A stretch of 58,647 nt of DNA from a virus. Taxonomy: Duplodnaviria > Caudoviricetes. The notes below the pieces were generated by a model. That model was not told where the DNA came from. It saw only the letters and a list, made by a program, of their open reading frames with translations, and ran no database searches. Shown one piece after another: positions 30,732 through 40,392 of this stretch. The stretch lies in IMG/VR virus record IMGVR_UViG_3300046170_000213, positions 1 to 58,647 of that record; one strand, given 5' to 3'. The position numbers were made by a program, and so were the translations under genes. Every line of letters begins with the position of its first letter. Within the stretch, counting starts at the first letter, position 1.

Positions 30732-31739
30732 CTATACCTCCTTCGTGTTCATAAGTTGTTTCGCATATTCTTCTAGTGGCACACCTAATTTTTTAGCAAT
30801 TGCTACTTGAGATGATGTGAGTCTCACTGATTTACGACTAGTCTTTGAACTACGCGTTGCAGAGGCAACGGTTTGTGTAGGTTTACTAACCGATTTGTCC
30901 ATAGGTTTATCAAATTTATGCGGAAATTCCAACCTAATTCTTTTGTCGATTTCCGTATAATATTCGTCAGACCTAGGGTCAATTCCTTCTTCTTCGGTAA
31001 GTTTTCTATGCAAATCAAACGCTGTATACGTCATTGCACTATCTTTACCGAACCATTCATTATCATTAGCCCAATCTTCTGCCCTTGGATCGGGAGGAGT
31101 TTGAGCCTGTTGTCTTGGTTGTTGATATAATGGAGGTTGTTGAACAGGTACTTCTTTAGCTGCAGTTTCCTGCATTTGATGTTGAGTTTTTAACTCAGCT
31201 AATTTACCTTGTTCATAACCCAGTTGAGAAATAGCAGCCAAAGCTTCTGTCTCAGCTTTAGAGTCTTCGTTCTGTCTAGCCGCTCTTAATTTTTCTTGAG
31301 CCGCTGCGATAGAAGAAGTAATTCTTCCTTCCATTTCTGCAACATAATTTTTATCTAAAGAATCTGCCGTAGTTTTAAATTGGTCTCTTTCCTTTTTAAC
31401 ACTATCAGCAAAACGTAAAGCTTCTTCTTTTTGTCTTTCAGCTTCACGCATTCTTTTCGTTAATTTAGCTATTCGCTTTTTAACGCCTTCAGAATACTCT
31501 TCAATTTGCTTACTGTTGTCTTCTTGTTGATCACTTGCTTGAACATCAGATTGCTCCACAGGTTTCTCAGATGAGTCACCGGCGCTACCACCGTCTTCAA
31601 GTTTTGTTTCACGTTCGTTTTCATATGTTTTGTCCTCTGTCGGCTGCTCTGCAACCTGTTCTGTTTTTTCTTCTGGCAATTGAATATCTACTTCGGGACC
31701 GGAAGTATCGATATCAACTGTTTTATTTTCTTCTTGCAT
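30732..31739 (-). CDS. Scaffolding protein (putative)
   Basis: Acidic N-terminus, long coiled coil, C-terminal LTSSQVAIAKKLGVPLEEYAK; upstream of the capsid genes. Confidence 0.75.
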   Translation of the reverse strand: MQEENKTVDIDTSGPEVDIQLPEEKTEQVAEQPTEDKTYENERETKLEDGGSAGDSSEKPVEQSDVQASDQQEDNSKQIEEYSEGVKKRIAKLTKRMREAERQKEEALRFADSVKKERDQFKTTADSLDKNYVAEMEGRITSSIAAAQEKLRAARQNEDSKAETEALAAISQLGYEQGKLAELKTQHQMQETAAKEVPVQQPPLYQQPRQQAQTPPDPRAEDWANDNEWFGKDSAMTYTAFDLHRKLTEEEGIDPRSDEYYTEIDKRIRLEFPHKFDKPMDKSVSKPTQTVASATRSSKTSRKSVRLTSSQVAIAKKLGVPLEEYAKQLMNTKEV

Positions 31740-31756
31740 AGTTCCTCCTATGATTA

Positions 31757-32191
31757 TTAAAATTCGTGGAATATATCTTCAGGGTTTTCCACGGTTGCTA
31801 AAACTTCATCATCATTCAAAAGTCTTATCTCACCCCCATCTATTTTAATTCGTGATCCAGCATATCTTGCAAAGATAATCCAATCACCTTTTTTACACCA
31901 TGGTCCTTCTGGATATCTTTCTTTATCATAGCAGTGTGGACCCATTCTTAAAACTAATCCACAAGTTGATGCTACTTGCGAACGTTCTACTGTTTCATCT
32001 GCTAATAATAAACCACCTTTAGTTTTTTCTTTTTGTTTAAAAGGTAAAACTAATATTCTCCAACCTGTTGGTTCTGGTAGTTTTGATTCTTCGTTTATTT
32101 CTTTTTTCTCTTTTTTTTCAACACCAACTAGTTCTTTATTTGGTAGAACTATCTTTTGTTTTGATGCTGATAATTGTTCCTTCACTGTCAT
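31757..32191 (-). CDS. groES: Co-chaperonin GroES-like
   Basis: PTGWRILV..KTKGGLLL..GDWIIFARYAG..IDGGEIRLLNDDEVLA. Confidence 0.9.
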   Translation of the reverse strand: MTVKEQLSASKQKIVLPNKELVGVEKKEKKEINEESKLPEPTGWRILVLPFKQKEKTKGGLLLADETVERSQVASTCGLVLRMGPHCYDKERYPEGPWCKKGDWIIFARYAGSRIKIDGGEIRLLNDDEVLATVENPEDIFHEF

Positions 32192-32369
32192 TTTGCTCCT
32201 TTGTTTTTAGCAGGGTGGATATTTCCTGTAATAAATACTGATAAGTTCGTATTTGCCCTAACATATACTGGTATTTTTCCATACTGTCAACATTACCGTT
32301 AGTCATTGCAACTACAACGTCATCGTGTCTCATCTTAATTACTTTTCTTATTTTATCTATAAAGTCCAT
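32136..32369 (-). CDS. Hypothetical head-module protein
   Basis: VDSMEKYQYMLGQI; position between portal and scaffold. Confidence 0.7.
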   Translation of the reverse strand: MDFIDKIRKVIKMRHDDVVVAMTNGNVDSMEKYQYMLGQIRTYQYLLQEISTLLKTKEQNDSEGTIISIKTKDSSTK

Positions 32370-32588
32370 TATAGTGACTCTCCTCTTTCTGGTTCAAACT
32401 CATCTAATACATCTATCTTTTCTTTTGCCGCAGCTATTTTTTCGAATTTGCTTATTAACTTCTTCTATGTGTTGTGGGTGTTCTCCGATACCTACTGAGT
32501 TATCCAAAAAAATATTTGCAGTTGCATCTGCTTCTGCAATATCAGCTTCGTATCTAGCTCTTAGTGCGTCTAGTATTGCTCTTCTCAT
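32369..32588 (-). CDS. Hypothetical protein (frameshift ~32445)
   Basis: MRRAILDALRARY..VGIGEHP; continues AAAKEKIDVLDEFEPERGESL* in another frame. Confidence 0.65.
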
Positions 32589-32593
32589 TTTTT

Positions 32594-32881
32594 CTAACAT
32601 TTCCACCTTCTCCGTGCTTGTCTTATTCGTGAATTAGGATCGTTTTGAGTTTTTGCTGATGACCGTTTTAATTGTCCTAGTGATCTAGCGCAGTATGATT
32701 TCCTACGATTAGCAGCTTTTGATCCTGGCTTCACTTTTCCAGTCACGGCTGTTTTTAGTTTACTTCCAGGATTTGCTCTTCTATAGGCAGCGACACCTGC
32801 TTTAGTCATGCCTGCTCCAGACTTTGTAGATCTGTAGTTTTTTTTACTTCTTGAAATAGGGTTTTCTTTTCTTTCAGCCAT
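32594..32881 (-). CDS. Small basic protein (DUF6321-like)
   Basis: GMTKAG..RRKSYCAR..DPNSR..RRWKC. Confidence 0.7.
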   Translation of the reverse strand: MAERKENPISRSKKNYRSTKSGAGMTKAGVAAYRRANPGSKLKTAVTGKVKPGSKAANRRKSYCARSLGQLKRSSAKTQNDPNSRIRQARRRWKC

Positions 32882-33156
32882 TATACTCTACCTCCGAACG
32901 CCATTCGTTTTCGTTTTGCAAATGTTGCAACGTTGGTTGGCTTGCCTCCAGGATTACCCGCAGCTCTTTTTCGTTTGACAGCACTCGCCTTTTGCGAGCT
33001 TGACATCCGTGTGGCTTTTGCAAGTGGGACGCACTTTGGATATTTTCTTTTCGAGCCTTTGCTTCTCCCGCAAGGTTGATACTTCCCGTTCTTCTTCGGT
33101 GCTCCAATATCTACCCATTTGTCTTTGACCCATTTTCTTAGACCACCTTCAGCCAT
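32881..33156 (-). CDS. Small basic protein (DUF5872-like)
   Basis: GLRKWVKDKWVDI..CGRS..YPKCVP; ends MAFGGRV. Confidence 0.7.
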   Translation of the reverse strand: MAEGGLRKWVKDKWVDIGAPKKNGKYQPCGRSKGSKRKYPKCVPLAKATRMSSSQKASAVKRKRAAGNPGGKPTNVATFAKRKRMAFGGRV

Positions 33157-33305
33157 TATTTTCTCTTGGATTTCTTTTTCTTCTTGCCACCTGGTGTAAC
33201 TTTACCTGAACATACGGCTGAACCGTACATGTTGGCATATGCTGAAGGATATACTTTGAATTTTCTTTTAGCGGCTGCTTTGCCTTTTGCACAAAGTTTA
33301 GCCAT
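33156..33305 (-). CDS. Small basic protein (49 aa)
   Basis: MAKLCAKGKAAAKRKFKVYPSAYAN..KKKKKSKRK*; TAATG overlaps on both sides. Confidence 0.75.
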   Translation of the reverse strand: MAKLCAKGKAAAKRKFKVYPSAYANMYGSAVCSGKVTPGGKKKKKSKRK

Positions 33306-33451
33306 TACTTAGCTCTTCCGCCATCTTTCATGTAACCCATTTTGTTTCTAACTTTTTTAGGTAACTTTTTTAGACCTTTTTGTTTTGGTGTAACCGGTTT
33401 TAAAACTTTTTTACCGTTTTTAAACATAGGTCTTTTCATCATTCCAGGCAT
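33305..33451 (-). CDS. Small basic protein (48 aa)
   Basis: MPGMMKRPMFKNGKK..KMGYMKDGGRAK*; TAATG overlaps on both sides. Confidence 0.75.
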   Translation of the reverse strand: MPGMMKRPMFKNGKKVLKPVTPKQKGLKKLPKKVRNKMGYMKDGGRAK

Positions 33452-33846
33452 TATTTTTTCTTGCTACGGCTTGCTTTTTTTACAGCTCTACCGCCCTTTT
33501 TAGTTTTTCTAACTCTACCACCTTTTTTGAAGTAACCCTCTAGACCCATGTCCATATTTCTATATTGAGACATGTCGGGTGCCATATAATCTAAATCTAC
33601 TTCAGATAAATCCATTTTATTTATTCTAGGGTCAGCAAGAATAGATTTTCTTTTTCTCTTACCCATGTTTTTTGTTAACATAGCAGGTAACGAACTGTCT
33701 GAATAAGCCGCATTTGATGTCATTGCTTTTATTGCATCAGCGTTTGTAGATGCCCTTCCTTTTCTTCCTAAAGCTGCTGCACCAAGACCAAGCGCTAGTA
33801 AGGGAGCCGCTTTTTTAAGAAATTTTTTTATTTTTTTCTTCGCCAT
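33451..33846 (-). CDS. Basic protein with xxGG motifs
   Basis: 131 aa, Lys-rich, YFKKGGRV. Confidence 0.7.
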   Translation of the reverse strand: MAKKKIKKFLKKAAPLLALGLGAAALGRKGRASTNADAIKAMTSNAAYSDSSLPAMLTKNMGKRKRKSILADPRINKMDLSEVDLDYMAPDMSQYRNMDMGLEGYFKKGGRVRKTKKGGRAVKKASRSKKK

Positions 33847-34235
33847 TATTTTTTTCCTCCGTGATTTTTAAAAATCTGTGTACCCTTTATACCATAAATG
33901 CTCGCAACGACAAGGATCCAAAGATTTGTGAACCATGACGGGAGCGTAGAGAACATATCAAAGAATAATTTTACTTTATCCATTGCTGTTGGGTCCTCAC
34001 TTACAACTGCCCAAGCCAAAATTACGATGGGCGCCGATAGAATTAACAAAACCGCCTCGTCCTTCCAGTCCGATTGTCTAGCTTCTAAAAGTTTTCCTTG
34101 GTAAGCTTCCTGTCCTTCGGCCATTTTAGTAGCATGCATAAGTTGTGCATCTGACATTGCCATCTTAGTCTTCTGCTTATTAGCATAAATCTTACTTCCA
34201 GCAGAGACGGCTAATTTAATTGCCGATAACCACAT
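33846..34235 (-). CDS. Putative holin (GTA-type 3-TM holin-like)
   Basis: SDWKDE followed by hydrophobic helices; LPSWF..SIYGIKG. Confidence 0.55.
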   Translation of the reverse strand: MWLSAIKLAVSAGSKIYANKQKTKMAMSDAQLMHATKMAEGQEAYQGKLLEARQSDWKDEAVLLILSAPIVILAWAVVSEDPTAMDKVKLFFDMFSTLPSWFTNLWILVVASIYGIKGTQIFKNHGGKK

Positions 34236-34237
34236 GA

Positions 34238-34429
34238 TTAGTACCAATCTGCTTTGCTTTTCTTTTCTGCAAGCATTCTTCTTTGACCTTTTACTTGAAC
34301 AGACTGAGTTTCAGTAGGATTTGACACCTCAACTTCAACTCCACCGTTTAGTAAACCGTCTTTATTCAAGAACATGTCATGATCTACATGAGTCATGCCT
34401 GCGTGACTGTTTTTTTTATTTTTTTTCAT
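34238..34429 (-). CDS. Hypothetical protein
   Basis: 63 aa; GGAG RBS. Confidence 0.7.
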   Translation of the reverse strand: MKKNKKNSHAGMTHVDHDMFLNKDGLLNGGVEVEVSNPTETQSVQVKGQRRMLAEKKSKADWY

Positions 34430-34431
34430 AT

Positions 34432-36940
34432 TTATTCTCCAGTTTTTCGAATGATTGCAACATTTCCAGGCATTTGATCCGAACTCGGAAGAGTTTTACC
34501 TAAAATAGTTTTTCAATCGATGTATTAGCTCTTAGTTTAGCCAATTCTTCGTTTTGTTCAAGCTTATCTTCTTGATTTCCTTGATTCATCATAGCTCTTG
34601 ACTTGTCTAAGTTCAATCTTTGATCAGCTTGGTCGTGTTTTTGTTGGTTATCCATGGCTCTAAGGTCTAATTCTCTTGCTTTTAGCTTCGCAATTGGATC
34701 ATTTCCAAAGTCACCCATGATTTTGTTTTCTTCTTCCTTAAATTCTTGAGTCATATCTGCAATTAACTTAGCTTTTCTTGCTTCAATACCCATACTTAAC
34801 TGCATAATCTGCTGTTGAATCTCAGGACTCTGTGCCATTTGTGGATTTTGTTGTGCCATTTGTTGTAGTTGCATTAATTGTTGTATCTCTTCTCTGAACT
34901 CTACTTCTAACTGCTCTTGTGCCATTAAAGAAATATGTTCAAAAATATTTTTTTGTAATGCACCCATAACTGGTGGACTATTTTTAGCCATATTAGTTGC
35001 CATAAAATTTAAATGAGAAGTTATATGTGCTCTGTGATCTTGACCTTTAAATGCTTGAAAAGGTTTACCACTCATTGCCATAATATTTTCTGCTGCTGGG
35101 TCCATTGGCATTGGTTGTTGAGGTGGTGGTAAGATTCTATTAATATCTTTTACACCGATTGCAGAATACATATCTTTATAAGCCTCATACAAATTGTGCA
35201 TTCCAGGATTAGGACATTGCAAGTTGTAATTCTGTTTGAGCCATAGACTTATTCTTTGTGATTGTGAAAATATATTTGGATCTGCTATAGGTAAGATATC
35301 TACTTTTTCATCAAAGTCTGCAACCTTAATATTTCTTTGTCCACCTACAACGTCATATGGATATTCTGGTGGAAGATAAGTTTTAAATACATCAGCTAAT
35401 AATACAAATTCTTTTTTAAGCGCCACATACAATCTTTTATGTATGGCTGACATGACTCTGGAACCACGTTCTAAAAGAGCAATGGTCGTTCCAACAGCGG
35501 CCTGCTGGTTGCCGTCACCGACCTGCATGTCAGCTATGGCGGCAAATCGTTGTCCTGCTTGAACCACTATTCCCATTAATTGTAATAATGTTGCTGATGG
35601 TTCTTTGAAAGGTAAAGGCATAAATGCATCTCTGATGTTTCCTCCAGGTGCATCTACATCTCTAAACTCTCCAGGTTGAATCGATTGCGCTTCATCTCTA
35701 ACACGAATACCTCTTTGTTTAAATCCAGCTGGCATATTTGAAAACGTACCAGCGTCTAATAATTGTCTAAGTGCATTCGTTGCAGTTCGTGATAATCCAC
35801 CGATCATGTGAATTAATCCAAAACCGTAAAAACCTAGTCCCGGTAAAAATTTAAAGTGTGTAAAATATTCTACTTTACTTTTTGTTGGATCTTCTGCTTT
35901 ATAGTTTCTTCTAATTGATAGAACTTCTCTTGACGATGTATCGACTGTTACAATGTAAGGAAGTTTAATTCCTGTTGGGTTTTGTTCCATGTCTTTATCT
36001 TCAAAACCTTCTAGGTCAATATTTGTATGTATTTCTAGAATAGTGAACATCTGTTCGTCTCTAGTTTTCTTAACTCCTTCAAGTTCTCTTTCTTTTTTCT
36101 CTACTTCTGTTTCTTGTGCATAGCCTGGTGTAATTTCTATGTCTCTATAAAAACCAGACACTTGTTTTTTTCTTAATTCATTTTCTGACATTTTTAAAAC
36201 ATGCACGATTGAATCTGCATCTTCTAAAGATGTTGCAGTGTATGGAACTATCAGGTCATCTGCCGGAACAAATTTAGACACGGCTCTGTCAAGAATTTCA
36301 TCGTAATAAATTTTCTTGAAAGCAGAGCCGCTAAGAGGGAGATAAAAAAGTAACTGATCGAACTCGGGTTCATACTCTTTCATCACGTTCATGAGTTGAT
36401 AGTTCATGAAATTTTTTACTCTCGTTGACTGCTCTTCTTTTTGTCTTGAAGGTATACCCATAATTTGAGTATGCACTGGACCAGTCGCTGGAAGTAATTC
36501 TTTGTAAGCTTGTGCTTGAAACTGTGTTACTGCTTCTGCTAATACAGGGTGAGTTGCACCACTTGCATTTGAGAATGGTTGAGATCTTGTCTCGTATTTA
36601 AATCCTAATAAATCTAAACCTTTTGTGTATGCATCTTCCCAATCTTTTCTAGATGCTTTGTACTGTGTGTAGTTTTCAAAAAGTTCAGAACCTAATCTAC
36701 CTAAAACATCTTCAGGTAGTAAGTCTGCTAAGTTATCAAAATGTTCGTTAGTTCCTGGCTGGTTTACAGCTTCAGGATCAAAAGTGATTGTAGCACCACC
36801 GTCTTCGTCTTGTTCAACTTGACATCTTCTGGTCCAACTTGTTCTTCAATATTATCTTGAGAAGCTTCTGCTATCTCCTCTTCGCTAGGTAACTTTATTT
36901 CCTGCTCTACGTTTGGTAAAGACTTGTCTATTGTTGACAT
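34432..36940 (-). CDS. Portal protein (P22-like; frameshifts ~36820, ~35240/35215, ~34510)
   Basis: HPVLAEAVTQFQAQAY..FDQLLFYLPLSGSAFKKIYYD..GFYGFGLIH..PGEFRDVD; downstream of TerL. Confidence 0.88.
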
Positions 36941-37050
36941 TATTTTTCTCCGAGTTCGACACCACTATAATCTTTTTTTCAGGAACATTCAACCCCTGTG
37001 GGTTAGGGTCCTCTAAGTGGTGGAATTGTAGTCGTTAGTTTTTTAATCAT
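36885..37050 (-). CDS. Possible small protein (needs one indel correction)
   Basis: MIKKLTTTIPPLRG(P)NPQGLNVPEKK.. fills the gap before the portal. Confidence 0.3.
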
Positions 37051-39127
37051 CTAATAATCCTAATCCTTGTATAACAGAAGAGGCTGCAAAGCCACCTATA
37101 CCTGCTCTAGATAGTCCTCTAAGTGCTATTTTTGGTAAACCTAGTTTAGCAACTTTTCTAATCGTTGGACTCAATCCTCTAGTTAATTTGTCTGTTTGAT
37201 CTGCAAATGCAGGATACAAATAGTTAAATGGATTAGTTGCAATATCTTCAGGTGTATCTCCTTCAGCTATCTGTGATGCAATATCACCAACTGCAAATGG
37301 TGCTAGTAATGCAGGTGATGCTGCAACTCCTAGTCCTCTACCTAAAACCCTTAAACCTGTTTTTACAAAACCTTTTGGTTTTCTCTCAATACCAAGGGCT
37401 CTTGATTTACTTGCTTTGATTGTTGATGGTGCAGCTAGTGCTGTTGAAGCAGCTAACGTTCCACCTAATGCTGGTAATTGATAATCTAATATTGCAGGTC
37501 TTTCTATGTCAAGAGATACAGGTTGTGTTGCCATATCAACTAACATACTTTTCTGTTGGTCTTCGTTTGATAAATAACTTGTTGGATCATCGTTTCTAAA
37601 TGCTTTGACTAATCCTATTGCAGCTCCAACACCAGCACCGATACCAAATGTTTTTGGACCAGGGCCTTTTAAGAATCCTAAGAAACCGGTAGCCGCTTGT
37701 TTAAATTTACCTATCTTACTTGCATCTTGTGCTAATTTTTTAGGGTTTTCCTGTATAGCTTCTTCGACAGCATTGACACAACTTATAGTTCCTCCATCTG
37801 CTTTTTTAGTTCTAACTAGTTTACATATAGGGCCGTCTGCTGCTGCATCCGCTCTTATATCATCAAGAAATTTTATATTTAATCTAGACGCCATGTCGTC
37901 GGGAATATTTGGATTTACCTTAACTGCATCTTTAAATAATTTTACAGCCTCTCTTTTTGCAACACCAAGTCCTTTACCAGGTGTTATTGTTTCTGATGCA
38001 ACACCTAATCCTTCTTGAGCTGCTCCTATTTTTTTTAATTCATAGTCTGCAAGTTGAGAAGATATTTCTCCTCTGTTTAATCTATTCATAATTGTTGCAG
38101 CTTGAGTATTTTTTATTTGTGTTAACAGCTGAAAACTTTTAGTAGGCTGTTTAGAAATTAATTCTTGGTGTTGTAAAGTTAATGAGTTATTTTTAAAAGT
38201 TTTTAAAGAGGCATTTCTATCAGTAGTAAAAAAATTATATATTTCATTATATGTCGGAACTCTTTCATATTTCGAGAAATAACTACCTAGTAGTTTATCC
38301 GGCGATTGATATTTAAATTTTTTTGCAACTTTAAAAAAACCTTGCATGTCTTCATAATCAGGATGTTGTGTAATTACTTTCCCTGCAATAGCACCTTCTT
38401 TTGCTAAGTTGTAATCAACATGAGTGTATACTTGGTTTTTTCTAATATCGTTTACACCAATAAATTTATTATTTTTATCAAACACAGTTGTGTAAGTCCG
38501 TTCCGCTGCAGGTAATCCTGCTTTTTCTTGCCGCTCTGCAGCAATCTTCATGTAGTTAACTAATCGGTTTGCATCTTTCTCAGGGTAGTAACCTTGTCTT
38601 GGTTTATACTTTACGTCTTTTCTTTTTATGCCTCGTAATCGTGCTGATAGTTTTGTTTTTTGTCCAGGTGTTAAATCTATAAATTCTTCTTGTGTATAAG
38701 GTAATCCGGTTCTTGGATTGATTGGTTGTTTTTTTTCTAACAAATCAATTGTTTTATTTTTAATTTTAGAAAGGCCTACCTTTTGATAACCTAATCCTTT
38801 AGCATATCTATAAGCCTGTTTAATTCTTTTTTTAGCTGCATCATCTGTTTCTTCCCACTTATCAAAACCCTCTGCTTTAATATATTTTGAATACTTTTTA
38901 TTTATTTCTTTTGAACTAAGACCTCTACCTGTCTCTAGTTTTCTTTCTTCAATAGCTTCTAACGCTTCTTCTTTTGTGTCAAAGATACCGTTTCTACCAT
39001 TGTTAGATGTCAACGTTCTAGAAAATAAATCATCGCCAGTAGATACATAATTTTTAGCAAATAAATCTCTTACAATGTATTTTCCTTTAAATTCTTTTTG
39101 AGTGCTTAAAAATGGAGCTTGAGCCAT
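37043..39127 (-). CDS. Large hypothetical protein (possible virion cargo)
   Basis: 694 aa; basic N-terminal part, KKADGG, Gly/Ala amphipathic C-terminus. Confidence 0.7.
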   Translation of the reverse strand: MAQAPFLSTQKEFKGKYIVRDLFAKNYVSTGDDLFSRTLTSNNGRNGIFDTKEEALEAIEERKLETGRGLSSKEINKKYSKYIKAEGFDKWEETDDAAKKRIKQAYRYAKGLGYQKVGLSKIKNKTIDLLEKKQPINPRTGLPYTQEEFIDLTPGQKTKLSARLRGIKRKDVKYKPRQGYYPEKDANRLVNYMKIAAERQEKAGLPAAERTYTTVFDKNNKFIGVNDIRKNQVYTHVDYNLAKEGAIAGKVITQHPDYEDMQGFFKVAKKFKYQSPDKLLGSYFSKYERVPTYNEIYNFFTTDRNASLKTFKNNSLTLQHQELISKQPTKSFQLLTQIKNTQAATIMNRLNRGEISSQLADYELKKIGAAQEGLGVASETITPGKGLGVAKREAVKLFKDAVKVNPNIPDDMASRLNIKFLDDIRADAAADGPICKLVRTKKADGGTISCVNAVEEAIQENPKKLAQDASKIGKFKQAATGFLGFLKGPGPKTFGIGAGVGAAIGLVKAFRNDDPTSYLSNEDQQKSMLVDMATQPVSLDIERPAILDYQLPALGGTLAASTALAAPSTIKASKSRALGIERKPKGFVKTGLRVLGRGLGVAASPALLAPFAVGDIASQIAEGDTPEDIATNPFNYLYPAFADQTDKLTRGLSPTIRKVAKLGLPKIALRGLSRAGIGGFAASSVIQGLGLLDD

Positions 39128-40392
39128 TACACCTCCAGGATGCCGGCAAGACCGCCGCTTTTAAGTCCTGGAATGTCTATGCCTAATTGTATTTGTATTT
39201 CTCTAATGCCATCTGGGTAGTCATCAGGATTTTTTAATACCTTGTGCAGGTTTCTAAAATATTCTGTTTTCTCTTTTCCAACTAAACTTTTGTCAGATCC
39301 TAGATTTGCAAATAGTCTTGAAATATCTTTTGCTTCAATACCATACTTACGTAGAGCTTGATAACCGATTCTTGCGGCACCACCAGCGAACATAGGTACA
39401 CGTCCACCATCTGCAAATTCAAAGTCATCAGGGTTGATAGACTCAGGATCAAAGAATCTACTAGTTACTGAATTACCTCTTGCATCTTTTATCTTAACTA
39501 AATTTTCTGCAAACTCTTGTATATCATTTGGTGAATCTAATTTTGCAACTGCTGATGCAACCTTTGGTCCAAAGTATTTTTGAACTAGTAATAACGGATC
39601 ACCAAATCCACCACCGCCACCTTCGGTTGCAAATTTTAAATCGTCTGCTTCCATAACACTAGATAAAGTTGTACCACCTGGAAAATCTGGGTCTTCTAAA
39701 TCTTTAACTCTGTTTAAAAAATCTCTAGCGTTTGCTCTTGCTACTGGTTTTGCATTTTCTGCAACTCCTGACATTTGATAAATTTTATTTACTAAGTCAT
39801 CTACAATTAAACTATTATTCTTAACAGACTTGATCGCTTCAAGTCCTGCACCTGTTGGTGCTGATACATCATCTACAGTATCGAAATATCCTTTACCAAA
39901 TTTTCTATCGACAAGATCTTGAACTACGTCTTCTTTGCTTTTAGTAAACTCCTGGACTTCATCTATTGGTCTAGATGGTAAGATTGTATCTCTTGGGTCG
40001 ACACCTTCTGGTAAATCAATATCGTCTCTTAATGACATCAAACCTTCTGCATCTAAGTTTCTAGTTCTTGTTGCAAGATCTGTAATGTTCGCTGGCGCTG
40101 CAGCAGGGTTATAGAACTCATCCATCTTGGACATATTCTCTAATAACTTACCCGCTTGAAGATCATTTAATTTATCTCCAGCAGCAAAGCTAACTGAGTC
40201 TTTTAATTCCTCAAGTGCTTTAGACTGAGGTAATGCACCTAGTGCATTAGTGTTTAAATCCATTTTTAATATTTCAGGCTCACCCTTACCGATAAAGCTA
40301 ACATTGGTTTTAGTACCTAAAACGTCAGATACGTTCCCGCCAAGCTTTTGATAAAGTTTTACAATTTGATTTACTATCTCTTTTCTAGCCAT
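39127..40392 (-). CDS. Hypothetical protein (possible virion cargo)
   Basis: 421 aa; FADGGRV, MFAGG, LKSGGLA motifs. Confidence 0.7.
   Translation of the reverse strand: MARKEIVNQIVKLYQKLGGNVSDVLGTKTNVSFIGKGEPEILKMDLNTNALGALPQSKALEELKDSVSFAAGDKLNDLQAGKLLENMSKMDEFYNPAAAPANITDLATRTRNLDAEGLMSLRDDIDLPEGVDPRDTILPSRPIDEVQEFTKSKEDVVQDLVDRKFGKGYFDTVDDVSAPTGAGLEAIKSVKNNSLIVDDLVNKIYQMSGVAENAKPVARANARDFLNRVKDLEDPDFPGGTTLSSVMEADDLKFATEGGGGGFGDPLLLVQKYFGPKVASAVAKLDSPNDIQEFAENLVKIKDARGNSVTSRFFDPESINPDDFEFADGGRVPMFAGGAARIGYQALRKYGIEAKDISRLFANLGSDKSLVGKEKTEYFRNLHKVLKNPDDYPDGIREIQIQLGIDIPGLKSGGLAGILEV

Noticed and set aside
3959-38018. Other + strand ORFs within structural genes (e.g. 6891..7514, 16373..16855, 37605..38018)
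   Set aside because: Fully antisense to well-supported genes; no motifs of their own
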